Of a stretch of 64,000 bases of DNA, positions 1-9,652 are shown one piece after another. Position 1 is the first letter of the stretch. Every line of letters begins with the position of its first letter. The notes under the pieces were generated by a model, which was not told the origin of the DNA, made no database searches, and saw only the letters and a program-made list of their open reading frames with translations. This DNA comes from Candidatus Thorarchaeota archaeon (lineage in GTDB: Archaea > Asgardarchaeota > Lokiarchaeia > Sigyniarchaeales > SOKP01), in the NCBI GenBank assembly GCA_048882645.1, contig JBHLRJ010000001.1, forward strand, positions 22,945-86,944, in the 5' to 3' direction. The position numbers and the translations under genes are program-made.

Positions 1-72
1 TCTTTAATGATCATTTAAAAATTTACCAACAATGGCTTCCTCCCGGAATGGACATATTTCTCTAAAATCTGG

Positions 73-1056
73 TTATTTTAGGCTGTATAACCTACGAGCA
101 TTTTCCCAATATATCTTCTTTAAAACATCTTGTGGTAAATCCAATCCATTTATTTTAGTATTGTTATCGTTTTCTGGATCCGGAAAAGGTAGGGGTAAGT
201 CTCGAATTTTTGTTTCTAAGAGTGCTTGGAAGGTAAAATAACGAGTACGATAATAATCTGAAATTGGTTTATTTCGATCTTGCACAATGTCTGTGCCGAA
301 AAGAATTCTATCTGAGAATTTAATAAAAAACTCTCTTGCGTTTTTGGGATACCTTCCAAGCTCGCGTGCCATCCACCTCGCTGAAGAAGTATCTATATAG
401 TAGTTTGGATATAATTCAAACCACCTTGCCAAATTTTCTAAATGCTCAGGTTGACTCCCAAAATGAGCCTGTTGTACTTTTAAATTTGGGAAACTTGACA
501 GAATTTCCTCAAAATCTTCGATATGTTCTCTTTTAGTTCCATATCGACTAACTGGTTGATAAACCTTCTCATACCAAAGATCTGGATCACTAACGTGAAT
601 TAATAATATGAGCCCTAATTCTGCTATCTTAGCAAATATTGATTTAAAAAAGGGATCAGATAACCTGATTTTTGGTGGATCAATTTTAAGTTGTTCTTTA
701 ACAAAATCTCTCACTCTCGGTCCAAACCAAAATTTTACAACAGGAAATTCTTGTTGATAAATCTCATCAATTAAATCTAATATTAATTTGAGGTTTGGCT
801 TTGTTTTAAAAAGCTCCCTACTTCTGAAATACTTTGCTAATACAAACTTATTAGGGAATTTATTCTCTAATTCTTCATAACCATTTCCCCAAATAATTCC
901 AATTGATTTTTTGATATTAAATTCTTCTCTAAATTTAATTAAATTTTGAATACCCCCTATCCTCCCTAAATGAACATGGGCATCAAATTTCGGACCATGA
1001 TATTTCGATCTAACTATTGAATCATCATTATTGTATTCTGGAATATATTTTTGCAC
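73..1056 (-). CDS. amidohydrolase-family (TIM-barrel metal-dependent) hydrolase
   Basis: 327-aa ORF. N-terminal 'FDAHVHLG' metal-ligand block and C-terminal 'ILFGTDI' block are typical of amidohydrolase_2 proteins. Recognised by eye. Confidence 0.6.
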   Translation of the reverse strand: MQKYIPEYNNDDSIVRSKYHGPKFDAHVHLGRIGGIQNLIKFREEFNIKKSIGIIWGNGYEELENKFPNKFVLAKYFRSRELFKTKPNLKLILDLIDEIYQQEFPVVKFWFGPRVRDFVKEQLKIDPPKIRLSDPFFKSIFAKIAELGLILLIHVSDPDLWYEKVYQPVSRYGTKREHIEDFEEILSSFPNLKVQQAHFGSQPEHLENLARWFELYPNYYIDTSSARWMARELGRYPKNAREFFIKFSDRILFGTDIVQDRNKPISDYYRTRYFTFQALLETKIRDLPLPFPDPENDNNTKINGLDLPQDVLKKIYWENARRLYSLK

Positions 1057-1173
1057 TAGTAATTCACGATGATGATAGGTTCTTTTTTAGTAAAATCACA
1101 TATTTCAAAAAAGATCTATTCTTTGAATAATTAATAATATGAATCTTAAGCTAATTATTTTTTGAAAAGTGTG

Positions 1174-2160
1174 TTAGAGATTTTTAATAGTTTTCACGAC
1201 CTCTTCTATTATTAGATCATTTACAAATTGGGGAATGACACAACCTGGTGCGATTATTAATCCTGAACCATTGAAGTTTTTATAAACCGATGAGATTGTT
1301 GAAGAAACTTCTGTAGGATCGGATATATCTTTCCATGATTCTGCGTTTAATCCCCCAAGAAGTCCCCCATTAAATATTTGTCTCGCTTCAGAGAGGTTCG
1401 GTGGTGTCTGCTGATCATGCCAGTTAATCGCGTCTATAGGTAGTTTGGTAGCAAAATTATAGTCAGGATTGTCACCATGGAGATGAAGGACAAGGAAATT
1501 ATCCTTTTTTAATGTTTTTTCAATTAGTGACTTAATTGGTATAAATTCTAGTTCCATTCGCTCCTCATAGGTTAGTTTATTGTTAAAGTGTTGTGTGGCT
1601 AGAAAAATGCCGTCAGCTCCGGCATCTAGTGAAGCTTTGGTAAAATCTATCATAGCTGAAACGATTATCTTAAATTGTACTCCAATCAGTTGAGGAGCCT
1701 CTTTATAATGCGAAATTATACTAGGATCGATTTGGGATGCAACCATGAAAGGTGAAAAAACAGTCATCATAGTTGGTACTTTCCCCTCAACTTCCTGATG
1801 AATTAATTTCATAGCTTTAATCTGATTACCGAATTCATTAACCATTACATCAATCTTTCTAATGTTCTCCCAATCCTTTAGCCTTTTGATTGGATATTTC
1901 ACACATATTCTAGAACCAGAATCGGAATCATAACCTCCCAATTCTGCTCCAAAATCAGAAGCAAAAGCACGACCAGAAATTGAGATTTTCATAATATCAG
2001 AATCAAATTTATTTTGGAAATCCATCTGCGCTTTTAAAAGTCCTTCAGGCGTTTTATCAAATTCCGGGAAATGTTTCCAAATAGCATATGGTACTTTTTC
2101 AGTGGATTCTGCTTTAAATGCCTTTTTAATAAGTTCGAATTTATCCATTTTTATCTCCAA
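1174..2160 (-). CDS. uroporphyrinogen-decarboxylase (URO-D)/MtaA-like family protein
   Basis: 328-aa ORF with length and blocks resembling COG0407 URO-D-like methyltransferases/decarboxylases: 'KVPYAIWKHFP', 'GADGIFLATQ', 'LHLHGDN', 'IAPGCVIP'. Confidence 0.6.
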   Translation of the reverse strand: MEIKMDKFELIKKAFKAESTEKVPYAIWKHFPEFDKTPEGLLKAQMDFQNKFDSDIMKISISGRAFASDFGAELGGYDSDSGSRICVKYPIKRLKDWENIRKIDVMVNEFGNQIKAMKLIHQEVEGKVPTMMTVFSPFMVASQIDPSIISHYKEAPQLIGVQFKIIVSAMIDFTKASLDAGADGIFLATQHFNNKLTYEERMELEFIPIKSLIEKTLKKDNFLVLHLHGDNPDYNFATKLPIDAINWHDQQTPPNLSEARQIFNGGLLGGLNAESWKDISDPTEVSSTISSVYKNFNGSGLIIAPGCVIPQFVNDLIIEEVVKTIKNL

Positions 2161-2304
2161 TTTCCTTGATTGATGGTAAATTTTAGATGCTTATTATTTT
2201 AACATTAAGTATAACCCTTGATTTAAAGTTTATGAGATAATTTAAAAGTAATAAAAAAAAAGATATATTAAAAATTATAATATGACCTAAGAAATGATAA
2301 ATTA

Positions 2305-2832
2305 TTGTTATTAGTTGAGAAAAGAATGAATGATACTGAAAAAACCTTCTCAGATGCAATTAATGAGCAATATGGTGCTGCAATCGGGATGTTAGAAAAA
2401 AACTTAGAAAGTTGCCCTGAAGACGAATGGGATGATAGAACTAATGGTCCCCCATTCTGGCATGTAGCTTTTCACGTCATGTGGTACCTGGATTGGTACC
2501 TTTCGGATTCAAAAGAAGCCCGTAAAAGTTTTAAATCGAAATTTGGTAAAGAACCATCTCAAAATTTAAATCAAGCACCAAAAATAACACTAACACGTAG
2601 CCAATTATTAGATTACTTATCAGATATTAAAGAAAAAGCAAAAAATCGGTTTAAAGAGTTAACTTCAGATGAAATGATACAGCCTTCTGTATTTGAATGG
2701 CACGGAAATAGCGTTTTAAGTTCACTACTATATAACCTTCGCCATTTAATGCTCCACATAGGAGCTCTTAATTTAAGACTTCACAGGAAAGGTGTAAAAT
2801 TGGATAACTGGATTAGTAATCAACAAATTTAG
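2305..2832 (+). CDS. DinB-family protein
   Basis: 175-aa ORF with spaced His-containing helices 'FWHVAFHVMWYLDWY' and 'LRHLMLHIGALN', typical of the DinB four-helix-bundle superfamily. Confidence 0.55.
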   Translation: MLLVEKRMNDTEKTFSDAINEQYGAAIGMLEKNLESCPEDEWDDRTNGPPFWHVAFHVMWYLDWYLSDSKEARKSFKSKFGKEPSQNLNQAPKITLTRSQLLDYLSDIKEKAKNRFKELTSDEMIQPSVFEWHGNSVLSSLLYNLRHLMLHIGALNLRLHRKGVKLDNWISNQQI

Positions 2833-2906
2833 TTTCCTCTTATCATATTGGAGAGGGAAAATTTTTTTCTAAAAATTTTTAAATTTAACATCCTATATTA
2901 AAAATT

Positions 2907-3368
2907 ATGCCAGAAAGTATCAAGTCATTAAAGTTTGTATATGATTATGCAAAAAGCCTTTTTGAAAAGCGAAAAGATAATCATTTTGAGGACTCCATGA
3001 GAAAATCCTTATTCGAAGAGGAAGAAACCGCTCTGAATGTATTTGTGCATGCGGTCACTCTACTAAATTGGGCAATGAAAAAAACTTCGAATCCCGATGC
3101 TGATAATAAGGAGATCGCTATAAAGTTAGATCCTGAATCCACCGCACCATTATATGAACAATTATTAGATTTATTTGACAATGCAATTAAAGCTTATGAA
3201 GAGGTAAGAATTAAATTTACTGAAGAAGATCTTCAAAAGAAATTTAAATCCCCTTTTGGGAGAGAGATGACTTACGAAGATTGGTTTGCATTCAATATAC
3301 ATCACACTATCGGTCATATTTATCAAGCGTTTAGATTACAGGCCATTTACCTACGACATAAAGTTTAG
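2907..3368 (+). CDS. DinB-like protein (weaker match)
   Basis: 153-aa ORF 74 nt downstream of the previous gene on the same strand. C-terminal 'FNIHHTIGHIYQAFRL' His-rich helix is DinB-like. Confidence 0.4.
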   Translation: MPESIKSLKFVYDYAKSLFEKRKDNHFEDSMRKSLFEEEETALNVFVHAVTLLNWAMKKTSNPDADNKEIAIKLDPESTAPLYEQLLDLFDNAIKAYEEVRIKFTEEDLQKKFKSPFGREMTYEDWFAFNIHHTIGHIYQAFRLQAIYLRHKV

Positions 3369-3469
3369 TTTAACGACTAATAGGAATAAAACTAAAAGGA
3401 TTTCAAAAAAAGAAAAAAAAGATAAAGTATTATTATTAGTATTATAAATCAAATCCTTCTAATACTAAA

Positions 3470-3691
3470 CTAGAAGTATTTTATAGCTAGTAAAATATCA
3501 TCCCTAGTTACCTTCTTTCGTTTTGCATGTTTGGTTAAGGTTAAAGCAGTTTTTGTGATTTTTTCAGCTGATTGACCCATCCAATCAACAAGTTCATCTA
3601 CAGCGTCTCGAGCTACGATTATTGCACCATTGTGTTTCATTAAACGCCTAATTGGAGACCAGGAAATATATTCGGACATTTTTAAATTCAT
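3470..3691 (-). CDS. archaeal histone (HMfA/B-type histone fold)
   Basis: 73-aa ORF. 'SPIRRLMKHNGAIIVARDAVDELVDWMGQSAEKITKTALTLTKHAKRKKVTRDDILLAIKYF' is collinear with HMf-type histones, including the 'RKxxT..D' loop. The true start is possibly Met5 at 3679. Confidence 0.8.
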   Translation of the reverse strand: MNLKMSEYISWSPIRRLMKHNGAIIVARDAVDELVDWMGQSAEKITKTALTLTKHAKRKKVTRDDILLAIKYF

Positions 3692-4206
3692 TCCTCCACT
3701 TATTTATTATTTTGGTTTAATAATTTTAATTTAAAATTTTTGATTAAATTAAACTTATTATATAAGCTAAGATCTTACACATATTTAAAGATTTTGATGT
3801 AAACTTAAGTTTATTGAGAAAAAAATAAAAAAAGTCTAACGACAAAATTCGGAATCGTGAAAGTGACCATTCTCGTGCAACTTATTTTATTTTTCTGGAA
3901 AAACGAAATTCATTAAATCTTAGGATTGAGACTATTAAAATCAGAAAATAGTTCTTCATATTAGCATTTAAAGAGTGATAATTTAGAATATTTTGAAATT
4001 AAATCAAATACTGAGAAGCTAAATTTAGAAATTTTAGAATTTACAAGAGTTAGTTATTTTCACAAAAAATTAACAAAGAGGTGAAAAAGAAGAAAATTAT
4101 AGATGATTGATGCTGATAAACCAAATTTTATTTATGGATTAGGAGATTAACTTCAAATAATAGAAATAAATCATCTCAGGTTGAAAATCTTCAAATATAG
4201 GTTTTT

Positions 4207-5193
4207 TTACCATAATATTTGTTCAAAACTACAGTTCTTACAGGCAATTTCCTCCCCTTTATTTGGAAAATAAGGGAGGATTGCACCACAATACTTGCAC
4301 TCCAAATCATAAATTTGTTCTGGAGATGAAACAATCTCTCTTATTAGAAGATGCTCTTTAAATTCATGAGTAAAAAGTGTTAAAAATGATATAAGAACAT
4401 GATGATTAGTTGATATAACAATAATCTCGATTTTATTTGATATTATTTGACCAATAACTAATACATCCTCTTTTGATTCAAGTTCAGAACCAAAATACCA
4501 AAGTATTTTTTTAGCAGGATCTTTCGCTATTAATTGGAGGTGGTTCCTAATAAAGACTTGTTCTAATAGATTGAAATATAATTCTGTATCAAATTCTTCT
4601 ACTTTCCCTATTCCAATGCTTTTAATAGCTCTTTTCATTCCTTGCTTTTGAGAAAATTCTTGGATATAAGTACTTGGAATTATTTTAGGAATTATTGTTA
4701 TTTCATCAAGCATTAATTCTATCGGCGTTGTATTAAGAGCTCTTACAAAATCTTTAGTGGTTACATAAGTAATTACCGTTTTTATCTCTCCTTTATTGCC
4801 TAAAGATGTTGGAGTAAAATGTAAATTAATTTGTCTTGAACTTTTTTCATTCAATTCGTCAAATTCAACATTAATTTTTATCATTTTCGCTTCTTCGATA
4901 GGTTCAGGGATATATATTGTCGGAGGATAACTTCTAGTTAGGGTCAATGATTTTGAATAATCAATTTTAATTTTCACTGCAGTAATAGGTGCTAAACTTT
5001 CATTAATTAATTGAAGCGAATACAAATAATGTCCACCATGTGGTTGGAAATCATATGCGAGTTTTATTTTATCTTCCTGGTCGATTGTTTCAAATGTGAA
5101 TTGATCTTGTTTTTTTTCTACTTTACTTTTAAAAATTACTAGATTTTGTGGTTGTGGGACCTCTAGTTCTTTATTTTGATTCTTCTTGGTCAT
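4207..5193 (-). CDS. uncharacterised protein, paralog A (predicted beta-sandwich + alpha/beta module + C-terminal Zn-ribbon)
   Basis: 328-aa ORF, collinear with the neighbouring 5398..6360 product. Shared blocks: 'SYPP', 'LHFTP/LHFSP', 'GEIxTxITYV', 'PIE', 'LWYFG/LWFFG'. C-terminal 'LECxxCGxILPYxPNKGExIxCxxCxFEQIxW' gives CxxC...CxxC. Confidence 0.75.
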   Translation of the reverse strand: MTKKNQNKELEVPQPQNLVIFKSKVEKKQDQFTFETIDQEDKIKLAYDFQPHGGHYLYSLQLINESLAPITAVKIKIDYSKSLTLTRSYPPTIYIPEPIEEAKMIKINVEFDELNEKSSRQINLHFTPTSLGNKGEIKTVITYVTTKDFVRALNTTPIELMLDEITIIPKIIPSTYIQEFSQKQGMKRAIKSIGIGKVEEFDTELYFNLLEQVFIRNHLQLIAKDPAKKILWYFGSELESKEDVLVIGQIISNKIEIIVISTNHHVLISFLTLFTHEFKEHLLIREIVSSPEQIYDLECKYCGAILPYFPNKGEEIACKNCSFEQILW

Positions 5194-5397
5194 AGTGAGG
5201 TTTGTAATGTATTTTTCTTGAATGTGAGTTGAATTCCCTATTTTAGATAAAATAACAATTTTATTTATGTTATTTAATATTAATTCTTTTCTTTATTAAA
5301 ATTTAATAATAAGAGAAATATTTAAGAAAATTAAAAAGATTTCAGATAAGTGTTAATCTCCCTTTTACTCTTTAGCCTATTTAATAAATAAGATTGT

Positions 5398-6360
5398 TTA
5401 CCAAAAGATTTGCTCAAAATAGCATTTATTACACTGAATTTTTTCTCCCTTATTTGGTAGATATGGGAGAATATTGCCACAATTCACACATTCTAAGTGA
5501 TAGAACTTATCAAGTTGATCTCTGAGTTTCTCAATAACCCCAAAGAAAAATGGGATAAAATAGATAGGATCTTTTGACAAATTAATTATTTCAATCATAT
5601 TTATGCGTATTTTAATAAGAATTAAAATATCATATCCAGAGAGCACTTCGTTACCAAAGAACCATAAATTTCCTTTATCTTTATCATTAGAAATTAATTG
5701 GAAATTACGAAACTGAGGCAATTTTTCTAAAACATCGAAAAATTTACTTAAATTCTTTTTCTTACTTTTTTCAAATCCAAGGCTTATCATATCTCTCTTA
5801 ATACCAGGATATTGTGTAAAATCTCTAATACTTGAAGTGGGGATCAGTTTGGGAGATATATTCACCATTTTAATTTGGATTTCTATAGGATTGGATTTAA
5901 TAACTTTCGGAACGCCATCATTGTTCACATAAGTTATAATTGTGTTAATTTCACCTGTTGCTGTAGGAGAATAAGGAGAAAAATGCAGGAATATTTGTTT
6001 AGAGTCATCTAATCTATTAAATTTAATAGTTAGTGTCTTGACTTTTTCTTCGTAATCCTCAGTGGAAGAAATAATATCTATCTCTGGAGGATAAGATTTG
6101 AAGTATTTTAAGAATCTTGGATATAATACTTTAATTTCAACATCAGAGATCGGTCTTGAGCCTTGATTATTTAAAAAGATTGAATATCTATAGCACACTC
6201 CATGAGGACTTAACTTATTTGCACAATTAATTTTACTCTCTTCATCAGCTTTCTCTACTGAGTATTTATCTGTTTCCTCTGTAGTGCTAGCTTCTGTAGA
6301 TTTCAATGCAACAAATTTCTGCATCCGGTTTTGATGCTCTTCTCCTTCCTTATCGGGCAT
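5398..6360 (-). CDS. uncharacterised protein, paralog B (same architecture as 4207..5193)
   Basis: 320-aa ORF in tandem with paralog A on the same strand, with the same conserved blocks and C-terminal Zn-ribbon 'CVNCGNILPYLPNKGEKIQCNKC'. Confidence 0.75.
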   Translation of the reverse strand: MPDKEGEEHQNRMQKFVALKSTEASTTEETDKYSVEKADEESKINCANKLSPHGVCYRYSIFLNNQGSRPISDVEIKVLYPRFLKYFKSYPPEIDIISSTEDYEEKVKTLTIKFNRLDDSKQIFLHFSPYSPTATGEINTIITYVNNDGVPKVIKSNPIEIQIKMVNISPKLIPTSSIRDFTQYPGIKRDMISLGFEKSKKKNLSKFFDVLEKLPQFRNFQLISNDKDKGNLWFFGNEVLSGYDILILIKIRINMIEIINLSKDPIYFIPFFFGVIEKLRDQLDKFYHLECVNCGNILPYLPNKGEKIQCNKCYFEQIFW

Positions 6361-6470
6361 ACTATCTTAGAATTATATAGTGGTTTTAATATTTAAATTA
6401 AGAGAATGGATTTTTTTAGATTAATAATAATTTAAATATTTTTTAACTTTAATATCTTAATTATTTTGTA

Positions 6471-7139
6471 ATGCTTAAAGAATTAGATACCTTATTTCAG
6501 AGTTCCACAATTAGACCAACATTTGAAAAAGTACATGTTATACTAGCATTATTCATATTTGATGAAAATCCAGAAGGAATTGGAAGATACCGATTAAAAA
6601 AGGAGTTATTGATTGGAGAGGGTACAGCAAAATCGTTAATCAATAAATTAAAGGCTGTGAAGTATATATCTGTTTTAGATCAAACAAGAAGAAAAGGGCA
6701 CATTCTTACAAGTACAGGATTAGAATACTTAAAGAAAATTATGAAGGTAATACCATTAATGGAAAAAGGAGATTCAACAATTTTAAAAGATATAATAATA
6801 GATTCTGAGAATACATCAAGCTATTTCTGTTTAGTGAAAACAGGCATTAAAAAAATTCGAGATGGTGTAAGTCAAAGAGATGCTGCTATTAAAGTTAATG
6901 GCTCTGGAGCAACGTGTATTGTTTACGATGGTAATAATTTAGTTTTCCCTACCAAATCTGATTCAGAAAGTCTTAATAATGATATAGTTGTTAGTGATAC
7001 TCTAAATGATTATTTTAAAGCTGTGTTTTTAAAAAAAAATATTAAGCTACAGGACACCGATGTAATCGTTATTGGATCTGGAATCAACCCTCAGTTAGCA
7101 CGGTTAGCAACACTTAGTGCGGCTTTAACGTTAATTTGA
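6471..7139 (+). CDS. winged-helix (wHTH) domain protein with uncharacterised C-terminal domain
   Basis: 222-aa ORF. The N-terminal 'GIGRYRLKKELLIGEGTAKSLINKLKAVKYISV...GHILTSTGLEYLKKI' pattern is wHTH-like. It may correspond to the archaeal DUF4443-type family (from memory, unverified). Confidence 0.5.
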   Translation: MLKELDTLFQSSTIRPTFEKVHVILALFIFDENPEGIGRYRLKKELLIGEGTAKSLINKLKAVKYISVLDQTRRKGHILTSTGLEYLKKIMKVIPLMEKGDSTILKDIIIDSENTSSYFCLVKTGIKKIRDGVSQRDAAIKVNGSGATCIVYDGNNLVFPTKSDSESLNNDIVVSDTLNDYFKAVFLKKNIKLQDTDVIVIGSGINPQLARLATLSAALTLI

Positions 7140-7159
7140 ATATTTTGTGAAATAATATT

Positions 7160-7657
7160 ATGAAACTTGAAAAAGATATAATTCTGTTTCTAACTGAAAA
7201 AATTGTGACAGAATTAAAAGAATGTAAAAGAGATTCAGATCCTATTGAAGCTTGCGGACTCATTTTTGGAGATATTAAAAATGTTAAAGTTTCTAAGGAA
7301 GATTATCAATATCATTATATCGGTAAACAGTTTTATTGTCTTAAATCAAACATTGAATCATATGGCTCATTTGCTTTAATTCAAGATACTGATAAATATT
7401 ATGAAATTCATCAAGATGCTATTTATAATAAGAAGTTACGAATGATAAGCATATTTCACTCACATCCGGTTCCTCCTTACCCGAGTTCAATTGATATAAA
7501 AAATATGAAGTATCTTGATGAGGATATAGGAGAAACCAAAAATCCATTTAAAAACCAAATTTGGACGATAATGGATATGAGCACAGAAGAGATCAATGGT
7601 TTTATATATTACAATAAAGAATTATTACAAATTGTTATACAAATTAAGAATAAGTAG
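7160..7657 (+). CDS. JAB/MPN (JAMM) domain metalloprotease-like protein
   Basis: 165-aa ORF 20 nt after the previous gene. It has the catalytic Glu context 'IEACGLIFGD' and 'FHSHPVPPYPSSIDI' (HxH...SxxD, JAMM-like, spacer one residue shorter than the consensus I recall). Confidence 0.7.
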   Translation: MKLEKDIILFLTEKIVTELKECKRDSDPIEACGLIFGDIKNVKVSKEDYQYHYIGKQFYCLKSNIESYGSFALIQDTDKYYEIHQDAIYNKKLRMISIFHSHPVPPYPSSIDIKNMKYLDEDIGETKNPFKNQIWTIMDMSTEEINGFIYYNKELLQIVIQIKNK

Positions 7658-7674
7658 TGTAATAATTAATTATA

Positions 7675-8346
7675 TTATTCCACTTGCTTAAAACCTTCAG
7701 CATCAATAGTGCAAATTTGTAAATTAAATCCTGATCCCGCATCCCTTTCTCGTGAACTTGAGATTGCCGTTTTTAACAGATCTATACCAGCTGATTTGGT
7801 TAAATTAGGCTTCCAATCAGCTTCAAGTACACCAAGTGTAAACGGGCTTCCACTCCCAAAACTTATGAAATTTTCTTCTTCATAGAGAGTTCCTAAAAGA
7901 TCAATACCGTAAAGTTTCCCAGATTTCTCTTTTTGGGAATACCCACCAACAATCATCATAGACATGAAAAAACTTCTTCCACTAAAAAGTATATTACGGG
8001 TAATGCTGGCCACATATTTAGGATCTGGAACAATTCCATCTTCAACTTCCTTCAATCGTGATAATGCCCGCAATTGATTAACAACATACTGGCAATCAGC
8101 AACCCCCCCTGCAATAGTTGCTGCTGTGAAATCATTTATTTCAAATAATTTTTGAGCTTGTTTTGATGCTACAGTAAAACCAGCAGTCGCTTGGGACTCT
8201 GTTCCCATGACAACGCCATCTTTAATAATAATACCAACCGTAGTAGTACCTGATTGAATTGCATTTTGAAGTGCGTTTTCGTCGAAAATACGTGAATTCC
8301 TATTATTATTTATCATTTTAATTCCTTTTACTTGAAAATTAATCAA
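7675..8346 (-). CDS. psmB: proteasome subunit beta
   Basis: 223-aa ORF. A propeptide is followed by 'TTTVGIIIKDGVVMGTESQATAG' (N-terminal Thr nucleophile context) and the Ntn-hydrolase blocks 'IAGGVADCQ' and 'GSGS'. Confidence 0.9.
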   Translation of the reverse strand: MINFQVKGIKMINNNRNSRIFDENALQNAIQSGTTTVGIIIKDGVVMGTESQATAGFTVASKQAQKLFEINDFTAATIAGGVADCQYVVNQLRALSRLKEVEDGIVPDPKYVASITRNILFSGRSFFMSMMIVGGYSQKEKSGKLYGIDLLGTLYEEENFISFGSGSPFTLGVLEADWKPNLTKSAGIDLLKTAISSSRERDAGSGFNLQICTIDAEGFKQVE

Positions 8347-8493
8347 TTATTAATAATCGATATATTATGTTAAATAAATATTATTTCTATTTTTATTTTT
8401 CCTTAATAGATCATAATTTCGTTCAGATTTTAAAAAAATTTTAAAGATATCCTTCTTTATCTCTACCATTAACTAAAATATGGTCAATATTTC

Positions 8494-8877
8494 ATGGCAA
8501 GGTCTCAAGCGAGGTCAAAGAGAAAGTATACGGGTAAAAAATATAAGTATTTTAGAAAAAAAAGGAAAAGAGAACTTGAACGACCGACAATTGATGCTTC
8601 AATGGGAGAAGAAAAAAAGAAGAAGCAGCGTGTGTTAGGAGGAAACGTAAAAATTCGACTTTATTCAACAAATTATATTAATGTAACAGACCCTAATACG
8701 AATAAAACCTCTAAAGTCAGGATTCTAAGATTTGAACGTAATGATGCTTCCCAAGATTTAAATAGAAGACATATATTGACAAAAGGAGCAATTGTTGAGA
8801 CTGAACTTGGAAATGTAAAAATAACTAGCCGCCCAGGTCAACATGGTAATCTTAATGGAATACTGATTACAAGGTAA
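8494..8877 (+). CDS. rps8e: 30S ribosomal protein S8e
   Basis: 127-aa basic ORF with 'SKRKYTGKKYKYFRKKRKRELERP' and C-terminal 'ITSRPGQHGNLNGILI', characteristic of S8e. Confidence 0.85.
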   Translation: MARSQARSKRKYTGKKYKYFRKKRKRELERPTIDASMGEEKKKKQRVLGGNVKIRLYSTNYINVTDPNTNKTSKVRILRFERNDASQDLNRRHILTKGAIVETELGNVKITSRPGQHGNLNGILITR

Positions 8878-8904
8878 AATTATACTTTTTCTCCATAAAT
8901 CGGA

Positions 8905-9630
8905 TTACAACATAACTTTTGATTTATAATACGTAAGTCCATCTAACATTTGATCAGGGTGTATCTTCTTCAATTCCTCAATAGGATGCCATCTTAGATT
9001 ACCTTCCCACTCTTCATGTTGAGCATGTATAAGTTCATTGGGATTATAATTAAATGATTCACTAATCACAGTAGAAATTAGAAATGTTACAGAAACACCA
9101 TTCCATCCACCTAGTATTGCTATAAGCATGTTTTCCGATTTAAAAGGTAAATTAACTTCTTCATACAATTCGCGTAAGAGGGAAACTTCTGGTTTTTGTG
9201 CTAAATCATTACTTTCCAATAATCCTCCAGGGCATGTTGTGACTCCTGGAAAGTAGGTTTTAGTCAGAGATCGCTCACCAACCAAAATATGTTTTCTATT
9301 AGGAGAAAAAACAAGATATTGTGTACCACACACCCCAATCCCCTTATTCACAGGAATTTTTTTCTTAACCATATATATAACAGTAGAAAATTTAATGAGA
9401 CTAACATTCAATTGAAGATAGTCATTTTTGTATTGAAAACTATCCAAAAATAATAAATTACCATCATAATCATTAGGGTTTTCTCTTAAATGATTATTCC
9501 AGTTTTTTCGAATATGAGGATAATTATCAGGTGTTAAAGAAAACTCTTGGAATGAAATTTTATTCCATTTGATGTAATTTAATAACAATTCACCATCCCA
9601 TTTTACTTGTAAGCTATGTCGTTCTTCCAT
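8905..9630 (-). CDS. NUDIX hydrolase with N-terminal extension
   Basis: 241-aa ORF. Nudix box 'GGLLESNDLAQKPEVSLLRELYEEVNL' fits the Gx5Ex7REUxEExGU pattern. Confidence 0.75.
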   Translation of the reverse strand: MEERHSLQVKWDGELLLNYIKWNKISFQEFSLTPDNYPHIRKNWNNHLRENPNDYDGNLLFLDSFQYKNDYLQLNVSLIKFSTVIYMVKKKIPVNKGIGVCGTQYLVFSPNRKHILVGERSLTKTYFPGVTTCPGGLLESNDLAQKPEVSLLRELYEEVNLPFKSENMLIAILGGWNGVSVTFLISTVISESFNYNPNELIHAQHEEWEGNLRWHPIEELKKIHPDQMLDGLTYYKSKVML

Positions 9631-9652
9631 GATTTAATAGATTTGATAATAT

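Noticed and set aside
1066-1075. C-box-like GATGATGA (also TGATGA at 13808-13813) as possible C/D-box sRNA starts.
   Set aside because: No CTGA D-box or C'/D' pair occurs at the expected 40-70 nt distance, so there is no support for an sRNA.
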